Part shown: positions 20,558 to 30,504 of the stretch, in pieces
How positions within the stretch are numbered: the stretch's first letter is position 1
Layout: each line of letters begins with the position of its first letter
Assembly: GCA_027623425.1 (NCBI GenBank)
Contig: JAQBTH010000001.1
Coordinates: forward strand, 1,485-65,484
DNA length: 64,000 nucleotides
Direction: 5' to 3'
Source: a bacterium
Lineage (GTDB): Bacteria > Margulisbacteria > Marinamargulisbacteria > UBA817 > JAQBTH01
Program-made: the position numbers and the translations under genes
Notes under the pieces: model-generated
What the model was told of the DNA's origin: nothing
Database searches by the model: none
Seen by the model: only the letters and a program-made list of their open reading frames with translations

Positions 20558-22591
20558 TTAAAATAGGGCTGTATGAGCGGGAGATGGTGCTGCATCTGAA
20601 ATTTCAGACAAAGGAGCAACACGTCTATTGTGCCTGCTGAGATGACCTAAGTCACCAAATCGTTGACTCTGTGGCAATCTGCTCCATAAAGTACTCAAGG
20701 CATTAACCACACGCTTTACACTTGCCTCCAACACATCTCGAACACCAAATCGAGGGGAAAGAATCAAGGTATCAACACAAGATTGTATGTCATCCCCATT
20801 TTCTTTAGTAGCGCCGCGCTTTCTGAGTAAAAGACCTCTAATATCATACTGACCGAATTTCGGATGCAAGGGGTTCCATTCACGAATCATCACCGGCATA
20901 ATCGCAGCCACCATCATCGCCAATTCACTCAACATAATATGTAGGGCTTGATCTTCTTCTTGCTCAGACAACACCATTACTGCCCGAACAATTTCATACG
21001 CCAACTTTACACCTCCCATATAAAGCAAAGGTTGTAACATTTTATAGAGATAATGCATCTTAGAAAAACAGACTGACTCACCTGACACCGAACACATCAG
21101 GGCCATACGGTGTTCTTTCAGCGTTTCTTTTACCACCTCTACCATCATAGTGGCCGTTGCTAGCCCCACCACCACATACCCTATCGTTTGTAGGTTATCG
21201 GCAACAGCGAGAAAATCAGTCTCATTTGATTGAATATATGTAGCTGGTCCGCGCGCTAACTCTGCTTTGCCATACAGCTTAAGTAACGGGTCTAAATGTT
21301 CAAAGGTAAACCCACGAGCACTACGCCACCCCGGCGATCCAGGATTTCCAACAAACACGCCAGGATCAACACTATCAAGAGTACGAGTTATATCAGTTCG
21401 GGACAACAACCCCGCTGTCGCTGCCAATTCCGAAAGCGCCAACTTAACAGGTAGTAGATCCATTACCCACCTCACGCCACCTGCAATCCCAGCTCCATAC
21501 TTAGCAAGAGTTAAGACTTCGCGTAGAACACCCACCCCCTGCTCGACAACCTGAAGCCGATCATGACGCAGAAGAGTTTGAGCTGTATCGGTGGCATGCA
21601 TTGGTAAATCCGGCGCCGTTTCAACATGCCTATTACCTATATGTTGTAACCACGAAAAACCAGGCAAGGCCTCTGGCTTTTCTCCTAAAATAAGTGGCGA
21701 TAACTCCGCTTGAACATCATTCGGCAATTCATTAAACGCCTCTAATAATTCTCGCTTTGCTTCTCGCATATCCTTAGTTTCACCATCTAACCACCCTGTG
21801 AGTAGCTTTGTTGCCGCAAACGCCACTAGTTTTAACTGAGGAGACAATAAGGAAGTAAAAAACTGCCCTAAATACACCGATAAAGGGCGCTCATCAGTAC
21901 GACCTTTTAGGTTAGATAATATATGATTTACAAGACTCATTGAAACCACATAAACCGATAACTTGATAGCGCTACTATGTTGACCATGTTGATTCAATCG
22001 CCGTTGCAAATCGGAAGCATTTCCACTACCCAGTTGCTCCAAAGCATCTGCTAAGCGAGTGGCCTGTCTTTGGGAATGAAGGGTGTTAAAATGCAAGAGC
22101 AACGGAAACAATCCCGAACCAAGCAAAAGACCCAATTTTTGCGATATTTTCGAAAAGGCCTCGATTTCAATATCTACCCCACTTAGCTTTTTTAATTCCG
22201 TTAATGCGATTAAAATTTTATCTTTATAAAACACATTATCTCGACCAAGATTTTGTAAATAATCAGCCATCACAAAATAATTAGATGCTTCTAAATTACG
22301 TTGGATATCAACAATTTGATTCAGGGCAACCTTAGCATGAGGCATAATTTTAACCTCAAGTCGTATTAATTCGCGAATTAGAGCGACAAAATTAGAAAGG
22401 ACCACGGCCCCCGCACCTAATTTTACTGCCGCCAACACATTATCTAGCTGCCGATTAAGAAATGAGGTCTTTTGTGAAACTGAAACATCTGTTTCTTGTA
22501 ATTCAGGAAAGTCAGTAGTCGCATCCGCAACACACACATCTCCTAAAAACAGAACATCATCCGAGCGTTCCACTGAAATTCTACGATACAT
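20558..22591 (-). CDS. Large hypothetical protein (~678 aa), effector-like; N-terminus MYRRISVERS is weakly similar to the shared RIA(T)S module
   Basis: The track ORF start (22717) overlaps tRNA-Ala; the ATG at 22591 is preceded by an AGGGAGGGGG SD. Confidence 0.6.
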   Translation of the reverse strand: MYRRISVERSDDVLFLGDVCVADATTDFPELQETDVSVSQKTSFLNRQLDNVLAAVKLGAGAVVLSNFVALIRELIRLEVKIMPHAKVALNQIVDIQRNLEASNYFVMADYLQNLGRDNVFYKDKILIALTELKKLSGVDIEIEAFSKISQKLGLLLGSGLFPLLLHFNTLHSQRQATRLADALEQLGSGNASDLQRRLNQHGQHSSAIKLSVYVVSMSLVNHILSNLKGRTDERPLSVYLGQFFTSLLSPQLKLVAFAATKLLTGWLDGETKDMREAKRELLEAFNELPNDVQAELSPLILGEKPEALPGFSWLQHIGNRHVETAPDLPMHATDTAQTLLRHDRLQVVEQGVGVLREVLTLAKYGAGIAGGVRWVMDLLPVKLALSELAATAGLLSRTDITRTLDSVDPGVFVGNPGSPGWRSARGFTFEHLDPLLKLYGKAELARGPATYIQSNETDFLAVADNLQTIGYVVVGLATATMMVEVVKETLKEHRMALMCSVSGESVCFSKMHYLYKMLQPLLYMGGVKLAYEIVRAVMVLSEQEEDQALHIMLSELAMMVAAIMPVMIREWNPLHPKFGQYDIRGLLLRKRGATKENGDDIQSCVDTLILSPRFGVRDVLEASVKRVVNALSTLWSRLPQSQRFGDLGHLSRHNRRVAPLSEISDAAPSPAHTALF

Positions 22592-22678
22592 AAATCCCCC
22601 TCCCTTAAAATATATAAAATTATATATACATAGCGTAAAGTTTGGGATGATGATTTCACCGTTAGAAAACAAAAAATT

Positions 22679-22754
22679 TGGTGGAGCTAAACGGGATCGA
22701 ACCGATGACCTCAACACTGCCAGTGTTGCGCTCTCCCAGCTGAGCTATAGCCCC
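22679..22754 (-). tRNA. tRNA-Ala (GGC)
   Basis: GGGGCTATAGCTCAGCTGGGAGAGC 5' half with the G3:U70 identity pair, anticodon loop CTGGCAG, encoded CCA. Confidence 0.9.
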
Positions 22755-22814
22755 ACGTAAACTGAGAAGTGTATTTTACACTGGTAAGCATGACCCGTAA
22801 AGTAGATGGGGAAT

Positions 22815-23183
22815 TCAAATATGTTCTACTGAACTGGCGCGTTTTTCGTAAATGGAATCCAAATCATAATGAGCGCGCATATCCACCGTCAAAATATGCA
22901 CCAACACTGAATTCAAATCCACAACAAGCCAGCCACTGTCCGGAGAACCAGAAACACGCGCAGGCTTAAACAATTCATCACTATTTTTAAACTCATCTTC
23001 TTTACTTAAAGACTGCATCGCTTCCATTAATGCACGGCAATGCACTTCATTATTTGCACTCACAACAACCACTCTATCCGTTAGTGCGTTGTTGCCTTCC
23101 ACATCAAACACGGCTATCGCGGTGGCCTTCTTGGCATCTAGTGCTTTTACAATCGCCTCTACAATAGTATCTAATTCACTCAT
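22815..23183 (-). CDS. rsfS: Ribosomal silencing factor RsfS (Iojap)
   Basis: 122 aa, …AIAVFDV…DRVVVVSANNEVH… family signature; downstream of yqeK as in nadD-yqeK-rsfS clusters. Confidence 0.85.
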   Translation of the reverse strand: MSELDTIVEAIVKALDAKKATAIAVFDVEGNNALTDRVVVVSANNEVHCRALMEAMQSLSKEDEFKNSDELFKPARVSGSPDSGWLVVDLNSVLVHILTVDMRAHYDLDSIYEKRASSVEHI

Positions 23184-24693
23184 TTTTTACATCCTCTGTA
23201 CTAAGCATTTCCAACTCTGGTAACACCGGAAATATCCGTTCCCAATCATCGCCAATAACCAACGTCACATCTAACGGCTTCGAGGGCCTATCATAAATAA
23301 CGATGTTCTTGGGGTCAATGCCTAAATCATTTGCCATGACCAATACCGTCTGTAAATTATCCTTCCAATCAACGATCTTTGTTTCCGCATAATCAAAATG
23401 CTTTGAGTTATCCACACGAATAATTTGGTACCCTTTAGCTGCCATAAATTTCGTCACCCGAGTGGCCAAACCTTCTGCTCCCACGCCATTTAAGATTTCA
23501 AGTTTTAATGTATTTTGGGCAATGGTTAACGATCTGTCGTCTGCCAAGTCCGTTTGATTGGCAATGCGAGACACTTCTTTCTTCGTTGCCTGGCGCCATT
23601 GAGCATCCTCCTGTGGCGGGTCTGGACGCTTTGGTGCTTTCTCCTTTGCGACAACAACCACGTTTGCCGGGGGCGTTTGCACCTTTCTTTCCGTTGGTTG
23701 CGGAGTAGCCGTTTCGATAACAGGCGCCGGTAATTTAGCCACTTCATCAAAACCAAACAACACCCGATCCACAACTTCATCCATTGCCGTGATATCCGGT
23801 CGCCAATAACTTACCCCATCAATCAACGTTACCGCACCTGGCACTGTACCCGATTGAAACCGATTGGATACAAAGGCACGACCAAACTGCCGAACAAACC
23901 CCAACATTTGCCGCAAGCTCAAGTTTGTATTGACCATTCCAACTAATTTTCGAAGCAAGCGTGGTGAACTTAGTAAATTTCCAGACTCCAACACTTTCTC
24001 GGTCACAGACTTCAAAAACTGTTGTTGACGATCAATTCGCCCAATATCACCCTTGCTATCGCGACGAAATCGTAAATAGGCGGATGCATCTTTCCCACTT
24101 AATACCTGGTCACCCGCCTGCAAATCAATATGCAAATCCCCTGCAAAATCATCGTATTTCAAAGCCTTCTCAACATGAATAGGAATTCCACCCAATTCAT
24201 CCACTATTTTTTCCACCCCGCTCAAATTCACTTGTACATAATAATCAATAGGAATATTTAAAAAACTCGACACTGTTTGCTGCAATAACGACATTCCGCC
24301 ATGGGCATACGCATGGTTAATTTTTGTCATGCCATACCCGGGAATATTTACGTGAGTATCCCGAGGAATAGACAACACACCAATTCGATTTTTAACCTCA
24401 TTTAGATGCAAAAGCACGATGGTATCACTACGTTGAACCGTTTTTGTGTTGTCAATACCAACCACCAACACATTCACACCTTGCAGTGAATCTTTTGGAA
24501 TAATCGCAACCAACCCTTCAATTAATGCGCCTTGGGAAAGCAGTAACGCCCAGTAAAGCACGAAAATGAATCCCAATACGCCACCCAAAAAGGCAGAAAC
24601 AAATACACCAAATCGGCGCCATTGGGTAAACGCAATAATAAGCTCTAGAAATAGTGTCAATGCGTGCCTTAATAAGGCTTTGATAACTGTCAT
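23176..24693 (-). CDS. LytR-CpsA-Psr (LCP) family protein with a C-terminal LytR_C-like domain
   Basis: N-terminal TM, …VVGIDNT…RSDTIVLLHLN…LSIPRDTHVNIPGYGMTKINHAY… LCP core; C-terminal …LNGVGAEGLA… domain. Confidence 0.8.
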   Translation of the reverse strand: MTVIKALLRHALTLFLELIIAFTQWRRFGVFVSAFLGGVLGFIFVLYWALLLSQGALIEGLVAIIPKDSLQGVNVLVVGIDNTKTVQRSDTIVLLHLNEVKNRIGVLSIPRDTHVNIPGYGMTKINHAYAHGGMSLLQQTVSSFLNIPIDYYVQVNLSGVEKIVDELGGIPIHVEKALKYDDFAGDLHIDLQAGDQVLSGKDASAYLRFRRDSKGDIGRIDRQQQFLKSVTEKVLESGNLLSSPRLLRKLVGMVNTNLSLRQMLGFVRQFGRAFVSNRFQSGTVPGAVTLIDGVSYWRPDITAMDEVVDRVLFGFDEVAKLPAPVIETATPQPTERKVQTPPANVVVVAKEKAPKRPDPPQEDAQWRQATKKEVSRIANQTDLADDRSLTIAQNTLKLEILNGVGAEGLATRVTKFMAAKGYQIIRVDNSKHFDYAETKIVDWKDNLQTVLVMANDLGIDPKNIVIYDRPSKPLDVTLVIGDDWERIFPVLPELEMLSTEDVKNE

Positions 24694-25298
24694 AATGGAA
24701 TGAAGGCCATAATATCATCTTGGCGGGCCTCTGACACCCGTCTTTTGTAGAACGACGCACACGCCTCACTCGCCACATACAATACCGCGCCTTTTTCACG
24801 CACTCTCTTATTGGTTAATACACTTACAGCCCACGTGGCTTCGTCTAAATTTTCAAATGCCAATCGTTCCAAATCACGTCTATAGGGCCAAGGGCGACCG
24901 TCTTCAATATAATCAGCAACGAATAATAGTTGGCTTAACAACGCCATATCCCCATCCCCAGTGGTGTGCCAATAAATGGCATCTAACACCACATCATCAT
25001 CACATTCAAATAACTTTCGCACCACATCTGGGCCAATAAATGCATGCCAAATGGGGAAGAAATGGGAAATAATACGGCGGTGCTCCTTTGGAATGGCAAT
25101 ACCAAGATCTTGCACGCGTTCCACGCTCATTTCCTTAGCGGCATCATGCAACATGCCTGCAAGGTAGGCCTGTTGTGCGTTGGCTCCCCAACGCGCAGCC
25201 AATCGTACCGCCATGTCAGCCACCCGTTCGCAATGGGCAAATCGCTTTTCCGACATCAACGAGCGTAACAATTCCAATTGATCAGAGCTTAAATCCAT
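24690..25298 (-). CDS. yqeK: HD-superfamily hydrolase YqeK (bis(5'-nucleosyl)-tetraphosphatase-like)
   Basis: RFAHCERVADMA…LHDAAKE HD motifs. Confidence 0.75.
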   Translation of the reverse strand: MDLSSDQLELLRSLMSEKRFAHCERVADMAVRLAARWGANAQQAYLAGMLHDAAKEMSVERVQDLGIAIPKEHRRIISHFFPIWHAFIGPDVVRKLFECDDDVVLDAIYWHTTGDGDMALLSQLLFVADYIEDGRPWPYRRDLERLAFENLDEATWAVSVLTNKRVREKGAVLYVASEACASFYKRRVSEARQDDIMAFIPL

Positions 25299-25354
25299 AA
25301 CAGGATTATAACATCAAAAAAATAAGTGAATTTTTGAAATTATCGAACCCTTAG

Positions 25355-25482
25355 ATTCCCGATCAAGCCGGGAATGACGATACCCGACCAACACGCAGGA
25401 GAAGAAGCCTTAAGCGCCTAGTGCCAGGCAGGAGGGCTACGAGGAACGCAGGCGTATTAATAATACGTCGAGGACAGCCTTA
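25355..25482. repeat. Composite intergenic repeat locus: hairpin motif TTCCCGATCAAGCCGGGAATGA (25355-25377) plus copy B of CGCAGGCGTATTAATAATACGTCGAGGACAGCCTT (25447-25482)
   Basis: Both motifs recur elsewhere in the window (17231-17250; 6196-6230; 42199-42236). Confidence 0.5.
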
Positions 25483-25522
25483 CTCGCAAAAATGGGCAAA
25501 GGTCGCCAAAATATGGCCGAAT

Positions 25523-26740
25523 TTATGCGTCTTCTCCTCGGGCAACAATAACTGAAGCCACAGCATCACTATAAACATTCACCGTCGTCCTAAACACATC
25601 CAACACGCGATCCACTGCAAGAATTAGCATAATGCCTTCTAGCGGCAAGCCAACAGTGTTGAAAATAATGGCCATGGTAATGAGACCGGCACTTGGAATC
25701 GCAGCAGCACCCACAGATGCTAAGGTAGCAGTAACCACGATAATTACCATTTGAGTCATACTTAAATGCACACCATAGACTTGCGCGATAAATACAGACG
25801 CAACTGCCTGATAAAGAGCTGTTCCATCCATATTAATAGTGGCACCTAAGGGGCAAACAAAACTAACCACTTTATCGGGAATACGAAGCTTCTTTTTCAA
25901 ACAATCCATGGTTAAGGGCAATGTGGCGATACTGGAACTCGTTGAAAAGGCAGTTCCAAATGCGGGCAACATACTTTTCAAAAATTGAAGAGGAGAAAAT
26001 CGGCCAAACACCACCAAATAGGTAGGCAAAACAACAAACGCGTGAATCGCCAAACCCACTAACACAACGGTAACGTACAAGGCCAATGGCTTGAAGGCTT
26101 CTCGACCCGTTAATCCAACCAAGGAAGCAATGAGTGCAAACACACCGATGGGTGCTAAACGCATAATCCAATCCACCATTTTAAGAACAGCTTCATTCAT
26201 ACTATCCACAACATTAATCATGGTTTCCGCTCGCTTGCCAATAGCAATGAGCGCCATTCCTAAAATTAGCGCAAAGAAAATAACAGGTAAAATCTGCCCT
26301 GCTGCCATTGCGCCAGCAATATTAGACGGTACGATTTCAGTAACGAGCATTGCCAATGAGGTGGGCTCAGATGTGGCAACAGCCGTCGCGTTACTCGTAG
26401 AAGAACGTAATAACTCAAGATTTGCACCTCGACCTGGCTGAACCAACAACGTTAAAACAATACCAATTGTTGCGGCAATCACCGTTGTTGTAACAAAGAT
26501 TAAAGCCGTTTTGACACCCATTTTTCCAAGGTGCTTAATATCACCTAAGCCAACAACACCCATAATAATAGAGGTGAGAACTAGGGGCACAATAAGCATT
26601 TTTAAAAGCCGTAAAAACAGCTCCCCGATTGGAACTAGCATTGCCGCATCTTCTTTTAAGTAAATACCTGCAGCAATACCCAGTAATATCCCCAATAAAA
26701 TTTGAGTGTTTAGCTTTTTAAACAACGTAAGGGCCTCCAT
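25523..26740 (-). CDS. Dicarboxylate/amino acid:cation symporter (DAACS/GltP family)
   Basis: 405 aa, ~8-10 TM segments, conserved C-terminal …VNVYSDAVA… region. Confidence 0.85.
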   Translation of the reverse strand: MEALTLFKKLNTQILLGILLGIAAGIYLKEDAAMLVPIGELFLRLLKMLIVPLVLTSIIMGVVGLGDIKHLGKMGVKTALIFVTTTVIAATIGIVLTLLVQPGRGANLELLRSSTSNATAVATSEPTSLAMLVTEIVPSNIAGAMAAGQILPVIFFALILGMALIAIGKRAETMINVVDSMNEAVLKMVDWIMRLAPIGVFALIASLVGLTGREAFKPLALYVTVVLVGLAIHAFVVLPTYLVVFGRFSPLQFLKSMLPAFGTAFSTSSSIATLPLTMDCLKKKLRIPDKVVSFVCPLGATINMDGTALYQAVASVFIAQVYGVHLSMTQMVIIVVTATLASVGAAAIPSAGLITMAIIFNTVGLPLEGIMLILAVDRVLDVFRTTVNVYSDAVASVIVARGEDA

Positions 26741-26902
26741 AAAAATTGTACTATATTAGGTTGATAATGCCATATTATCATACGTTTCATACAATCATAA
26801 TCGAATATTAAAATAGAGCGCCCATATCTGGTAAGAACACAGCAATTTATTAACTCTTAACAGTCACACTCATATTTGCTATCATAACGAACTTACCAAT
26901 GT

Positions 26903-26978
26903 GATCCGGTAGCTCAGCCGGTAGAGCACCTGACTTTTAATCAGGTGGTCGTGAGTTCGAACCTCACCCGGATCACCA
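26903..26978 (+). tRNA. tRNA-Lys (TTT)
   Basis: GATCCGG acceptor, anticodon stem-loop CCTGA-CTTTTAA-TCAGG, GTGAGTTCGAACCTCAC T-arm, encoded CCA. Confidence 0.9.
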
Positions 26979-26979
26979 T

Positions 26980-27984
26980 TTATTCTATGGAACTAGTGCG
27001 CCACAATTCTGACAATCTAGACGACCCATCAAAACCACCCACCACATAAATTTGATTTTTAAAAACCACCTGTTGATGGGCAGAACGACCACCCCATTTT
27101 ATGGAACGGCTCGCCAAACGCTGCCATTCAATTCCGTTTGTACTAGACCATGCATCACTTAAATAATTTCCATTTACTCCACCAGACACCACGATATTCC
27201 CTTCATACACGCAAACACTATGTAACGTACGGCCTGACCACTTATCATCAGTCAAGACCCGAGACCAAGCCGCCCCATCTTCACTGGTCCATATATCACT
27301 AGAAAACAAGTCATTTCGTCCCCCTAACAGCCATAACCGATCGCTATGCACAACCATTTTATGTTCGGTTATGCCGCCAAACGTAGCAGCATCTGTCACC
27401 TGCTCCCAGGTCACCCCATCCGTACTGCGCCACACATCCGATTGATTGGCGCCGTCTGAGCCTCCAACCAACCACAACGCATCTTGAAACGCCGTCACCG
27501 TGTGCGATTCACGACCACCCCAGGCGGCATTTTCAGTTACCGATTCCCACGACAATCCATCATCACTGACCCACACATCACTCAGATAGTCACCATTAGA
27601 ATAGCCCCCAATCAGCCATAGCTGCTCTTGGTACACAACAAGAGAATGGCCACTTCGCCCATCCCACGGCCTATCCGGCTCAACCGATGCCCAATCCACA
27701 CCATCGTCACTAAACCACACATCATTTTGGTAGCCACCAGTATACCCACCAACAAGCCATAATTTATCTTTAAAAACAACCACTCGATGCCCGGTACGAG
27801 CTGTCCATGCGCCATGATTAACACTTTCCCAGCCCGCAACTGAAATAAGTGATTGAGCGGTCACAATGGACTCACTACTTGAGCTAAGGTCTGTGATCGA
27901 CTCTGTCGCTGCGCCATTGCAACCAATGAACGCGACAGATGTAACAACAGCCAGAAGCCATACTTGGCACCGATATCCCCCCAT
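26980..27984 (-). CDS. Kelch-like beta-propeller lipoprotein (6-7 tandem ~48-aa repeats …R.GH..VVF.D.LWL.GG……DVW.S.DG..W…)
   Basis: Lipobox VAFIGC after an N-terminal signal peptide; tandem repeats visible in the translation. Confidence 0.65.
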   Translation of the reverse strand: MGGYRCQVWLLAVVTSVAFIGCNGAATESITDLSSSSESIVTAQSLISVAGWESVNHGAWTARTGHRVVVFKDKLWLVGGYTGGYQNDVWFSDDGVDWASVEPDRPWDGRSGHSLVVYQEQLWLIGGYSNGDYLSDVWVSDDGLSWESVTENAAWGGRESHTVTAFQDALWLVGGSDGANQSDVWRSTDGVTWEQVTDAATFGGITEHKMVVHSDRLWLLGGRNDLFSSDIWTSEDGAAWSRVLTDDKWSGRTLHSVCVYEGNIVVSGGVNGNYLSDAWSSTNGIEWQRLASRSIKWGGRSAHQQVVFKNQIYVVGGFDGSSRLSELWRTSSIE

Positions 27985-28087
27985 AAAAATCCCCTTTTCG
28001 CATCATATGAAATGTGTGCTTAACAAGATTATCGATGAAATTTAACTAAGACTTAACTAAATTAATGAAGAGCAAAATAATTCAATA

Positions 28088-28669
28088 ATGCCTTACCTAA
28101 GCTTTCCCTATTTGCCCATTTCAATTACACTAATAAAAATGAGATACACCCTCCTAGCATTACTATTATGTATAAGTTCAGAGCTAGCCGCCGCACCACA
28201 AAACCAAGTTACAATTGAAACGGATGCGTTCATTTTTAACACCCAAAAACAAAGCGTCGCCGCATCAAAAAGCGTCTATATCAATTATGGAAATTTAAAC
28301 ATTCAAAGCGACTCTGCGGCATATTCAAGCATCAAAAATACCCTTGAAATAAAAGGAAACGTACTCGCCCAGCAACACAACACGACCATACGCAGCAATC
28401 TATTGATTAGCAATTTAAAAACAGGCATTATTTACGCACCCCAACCCATGATATTTAAGCACAATGAAATTTTCGGGAAATCCGAGAACAGCCACTACAA
28501 CACCCGATCTCAAGTACTAACATTAAAAGGAAAACCGCAAATTACCGAAGGAAAAAACACACTAGAGGCCGATGAAATAACCTTCGATTTCAAAACAAAC
28601 AAAGTGAAGTCTAGAGGTAAAACAAAAATATCCGTTTCCGAAACAACGGACATACCAAACGACATATAA
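28088..28669 (+). CDS. Periplasmic LptA/OstA-N-like protein (putative LPS transport); the likely true start is ATG 28139 (MRYTLLALLLCISS… signal peptide)
   Basis: Signal peptide plus a beta-jellyroll-like …ITADxxxY…GNV… pattern; weak. Confidence 0.45.
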   Translation: MPYLSFPYLPISITLIKMRYTLLALLLCISSELAAAPQNQVTIETDAFIFNTQKQSVAASKSVYINYGNLNIQSDSAAYSSIKNTLEIKGNVLAQQHNTTIRSNLLISNLKTGIIYAPQPMIFKHNEIFGKSENSHYNTRSQVLTLKGKPQITEGKNTLEADEITFDFKTNKVKSRGKTKISVSETTDIPNDI

Positions 28670-28733
28670 AAAGAGTAAGAATATTAGGGTAAAGATATGT
28701 TAAAATGATGCCAAACCTAAGGTAGGAGAAACC

Positions 28734-29699
28734 ATGTTAATAGACACCGAAGTTAAACTAGAAAAATTAGTTCCTCAACACAAGGAAGCCTTTGACTTTA
28801 CTATTATAGGCGCCGGCCCTGCTGGAATGTCAGCTGGCGTATGCGCCGCTCGAGCGGGGTTAAAAGTACTTGTAATTGAAAAAGCACTACCTGGGGGCGA
28901 ATGTTCCACTGCTTGCATGATTAATAACTACCTTGGAAATCCAGGTGGTATTTTGGGCGAAAAACTGGGTCAAAAAATGGAAGAACAATTATTCTCCTAC
29001 CCCGTGTATTACACCTGCGAAAATGTAAATGATATTTACGACATTCATGAAAAAGAAAAAACGATCATAACAGACCTCGACCACGAATATAAAACCAGCA
29101 GCATTATTATTGCAACTGGCCTTGAACCTAAAAAACTAGAAGCCGGTTGGGAAGCCAAATTCCTAGGTCGTGGAATATCTTATTATGCGAGATGCGATGT
29201 TGATTATTACCGAAACGAAGACGTCATGGTCATTGGCGGTGGAAATTGTGCCTGCTATGCCGCAGATTATTTGGCCAACTTCGTCAATCAAGTGTATTTA
29301 GTGCATTCGTCTAACCAATTACGCGCGGTAAAAACCATTAAAGAAAAAATTCTAAACAACCCGAAAATAACACCCATGTGGGACTCAAAAGTAACCGAGG
29401 TATTTGGAATCGATAAAGTTGAAAAAACAAAAGTCGTCAGCGCTATCACCCAAAACCACACATGGATCGATGTAAAAGGTATATTTGTCTACATTGGTAG
29501 AATACCACCCTCCATATTAAACATTGAGCTACGTATCGATGAAGATGGCTATATTATTACCGATGAATTTATGAGAACCAACATACCTGGCGTCTACGCG
29601 GCTGGTGACATCCGTTCAAAACAGATACGTCAAATCGCAACAGCAGTATCTGATGGTATGGTGGCCGCAATTAATGTGGAACGAGATATCTTCAGGTGA
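28734..29699 (+). CDS. Thioredoxin-reductase-like FAD/NAD(P)H flavoprotein lacking the CxxC redox motif (possibly a TR-type ferredoxin-NADP+ reductase)
   Basis: GAGPAG FAD motif, GGGNxA NAD(P) motif; YARCD replaces the TrxB CATCD active site. Confidence 0.7.
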   Translation: MLIDTEVKLEKLVPQHKEAFDFTIIGAGPAGMSAGVCAARAGLKVLVIEKALPGGECSTACMINNYLGNPGGILGEKLGQKMEEQLFSYPVYYTCENVNDIYDIHEKEKTIITDLDHEYKTSSIIIATGLEPKKLEAGWEAKFLGRGISYYARCDVDYYRNEDVMVIGGGNCACYAADYLANFVNQVYLVHSSNQLRAVKTIKEKILNNPKITPMWDSKVTEVFGIDKVEKTKVVSAITQNHTWIDVKGIFVYIGRIPPSILNIELRIDEDGYIITDEFMRTNIPGVYAAGDIRSKQIRQIATAVSDGMVAAINVERDIFR

Positions 29700-29712
29700 A
29701 GGAGACCAAACA

Positions 29713-30504
29713 ATGAGTGCAAACGTTGCCATCATATTATTTCCAGGATCAAATTGCGAAAAAGAAACACTGGCAGCCTGCAAACAGGTGGGCATCCACG
29801 CAGAAATCGTACGCTGGAACACAAATCCAGAGCAATTAGCGCGCTATGATGCCTATATTTTACCTGGCGGATTTTCATACCAAGACCGCGTGCGTGCGGG
29901 CGCTATTGCAGCAAAATTGCCTGTACTAGACACCATTCGCGACGCAGATAGACAGAACAAACCTATTTTAGGCATCTGCAACGGGTGCCAAATCTTAGCG
30001 GAATCTGGCATCATGCCCAATACCGATGGCGCCGCGTCAATGAACGTTGCGTTAGCCCCAAACCGAAATGAAGGTGGCCCAATTGGGTTTATGTGTGAAT
30101 GGATGACGGTAAGCATCCAACGCAATTCAAACTGCGTATTTACCCGTGAATTACCAGAAAACACCACGATTCCCATACCAATAAACCATGGTGAAGGCCG
30201 TTTTGTTTTTGATGAGAAAACCGCCGCATCATTTGAAACGCACACCATTATTCGCTATACCAATGCCCAAGGAAATCCAGCAGGCGCAACACAAATGAGT
30301 TTTCCGGAAAACCCAAATGGCAGCACCCAAAACATCGCTGGATTAAGCAATAAAAAGGGGAATGTATTAGCGATAATGCCACACCCTGAACGGGCCATTT
30401 CAGAAAAACAAATTCCACACCATATTGCCCGCCAATACAGCCAAGCCCCCTTATGGAATCACCTATTTCTTGGGCTTAAAACCGCAATAGGAGTACCCGC
30501 ATGA
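29713..30504 (+). CDS. purQ: Phosphoribosylformylglycinamidine synthase subunit PurQ (glutaminase)
   Basis: ATG 29713 with a GGAG SD (track start 29605 is unlikely); …ILFPGSNCE…LPGGFSYQD…GICNGCQIL…HGEG…MPHPER motifs. Confidence 0.85.
   Translation: MSANVAIILFPGSNCEKETLAACKQVGIHAEIVRWNTNPEQLARYDAYILPGGFSYQDRVRAGAIAAKLPVLDTIRDADRQNKPILGICNGCQILAESGIMPNTDGAASMNVALAPNRNEGGPIGFMCEWMTVSIQRNSNCVFTRELPENTTIPIPINHGEGRFVFDEKTAASFETHTIIRYTNAQGNPAGATQMSFPENPNGSTQNIAGLSNKKGNVLAIMPHPERAISEKQIPHHIARQYSQAPLWNHLFLGLKTAIGVPA

Noticed and set aside
22592-22717. Long N-terminal extension (GTG 22717) of the 20558 ORF
   Set aside because: It overlaps tRNA-Ala (22679-22754); the internal ATG at 22591 with a strong SD is preferred.
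29605-29712. Upstream start for purQ (track ORF 29605)
   Set aside because: It would overlap the end of the preceding flavoprotein gene; the ATG at 29713 has a GGAG SD and gives a canonical PurQ N-terminus.
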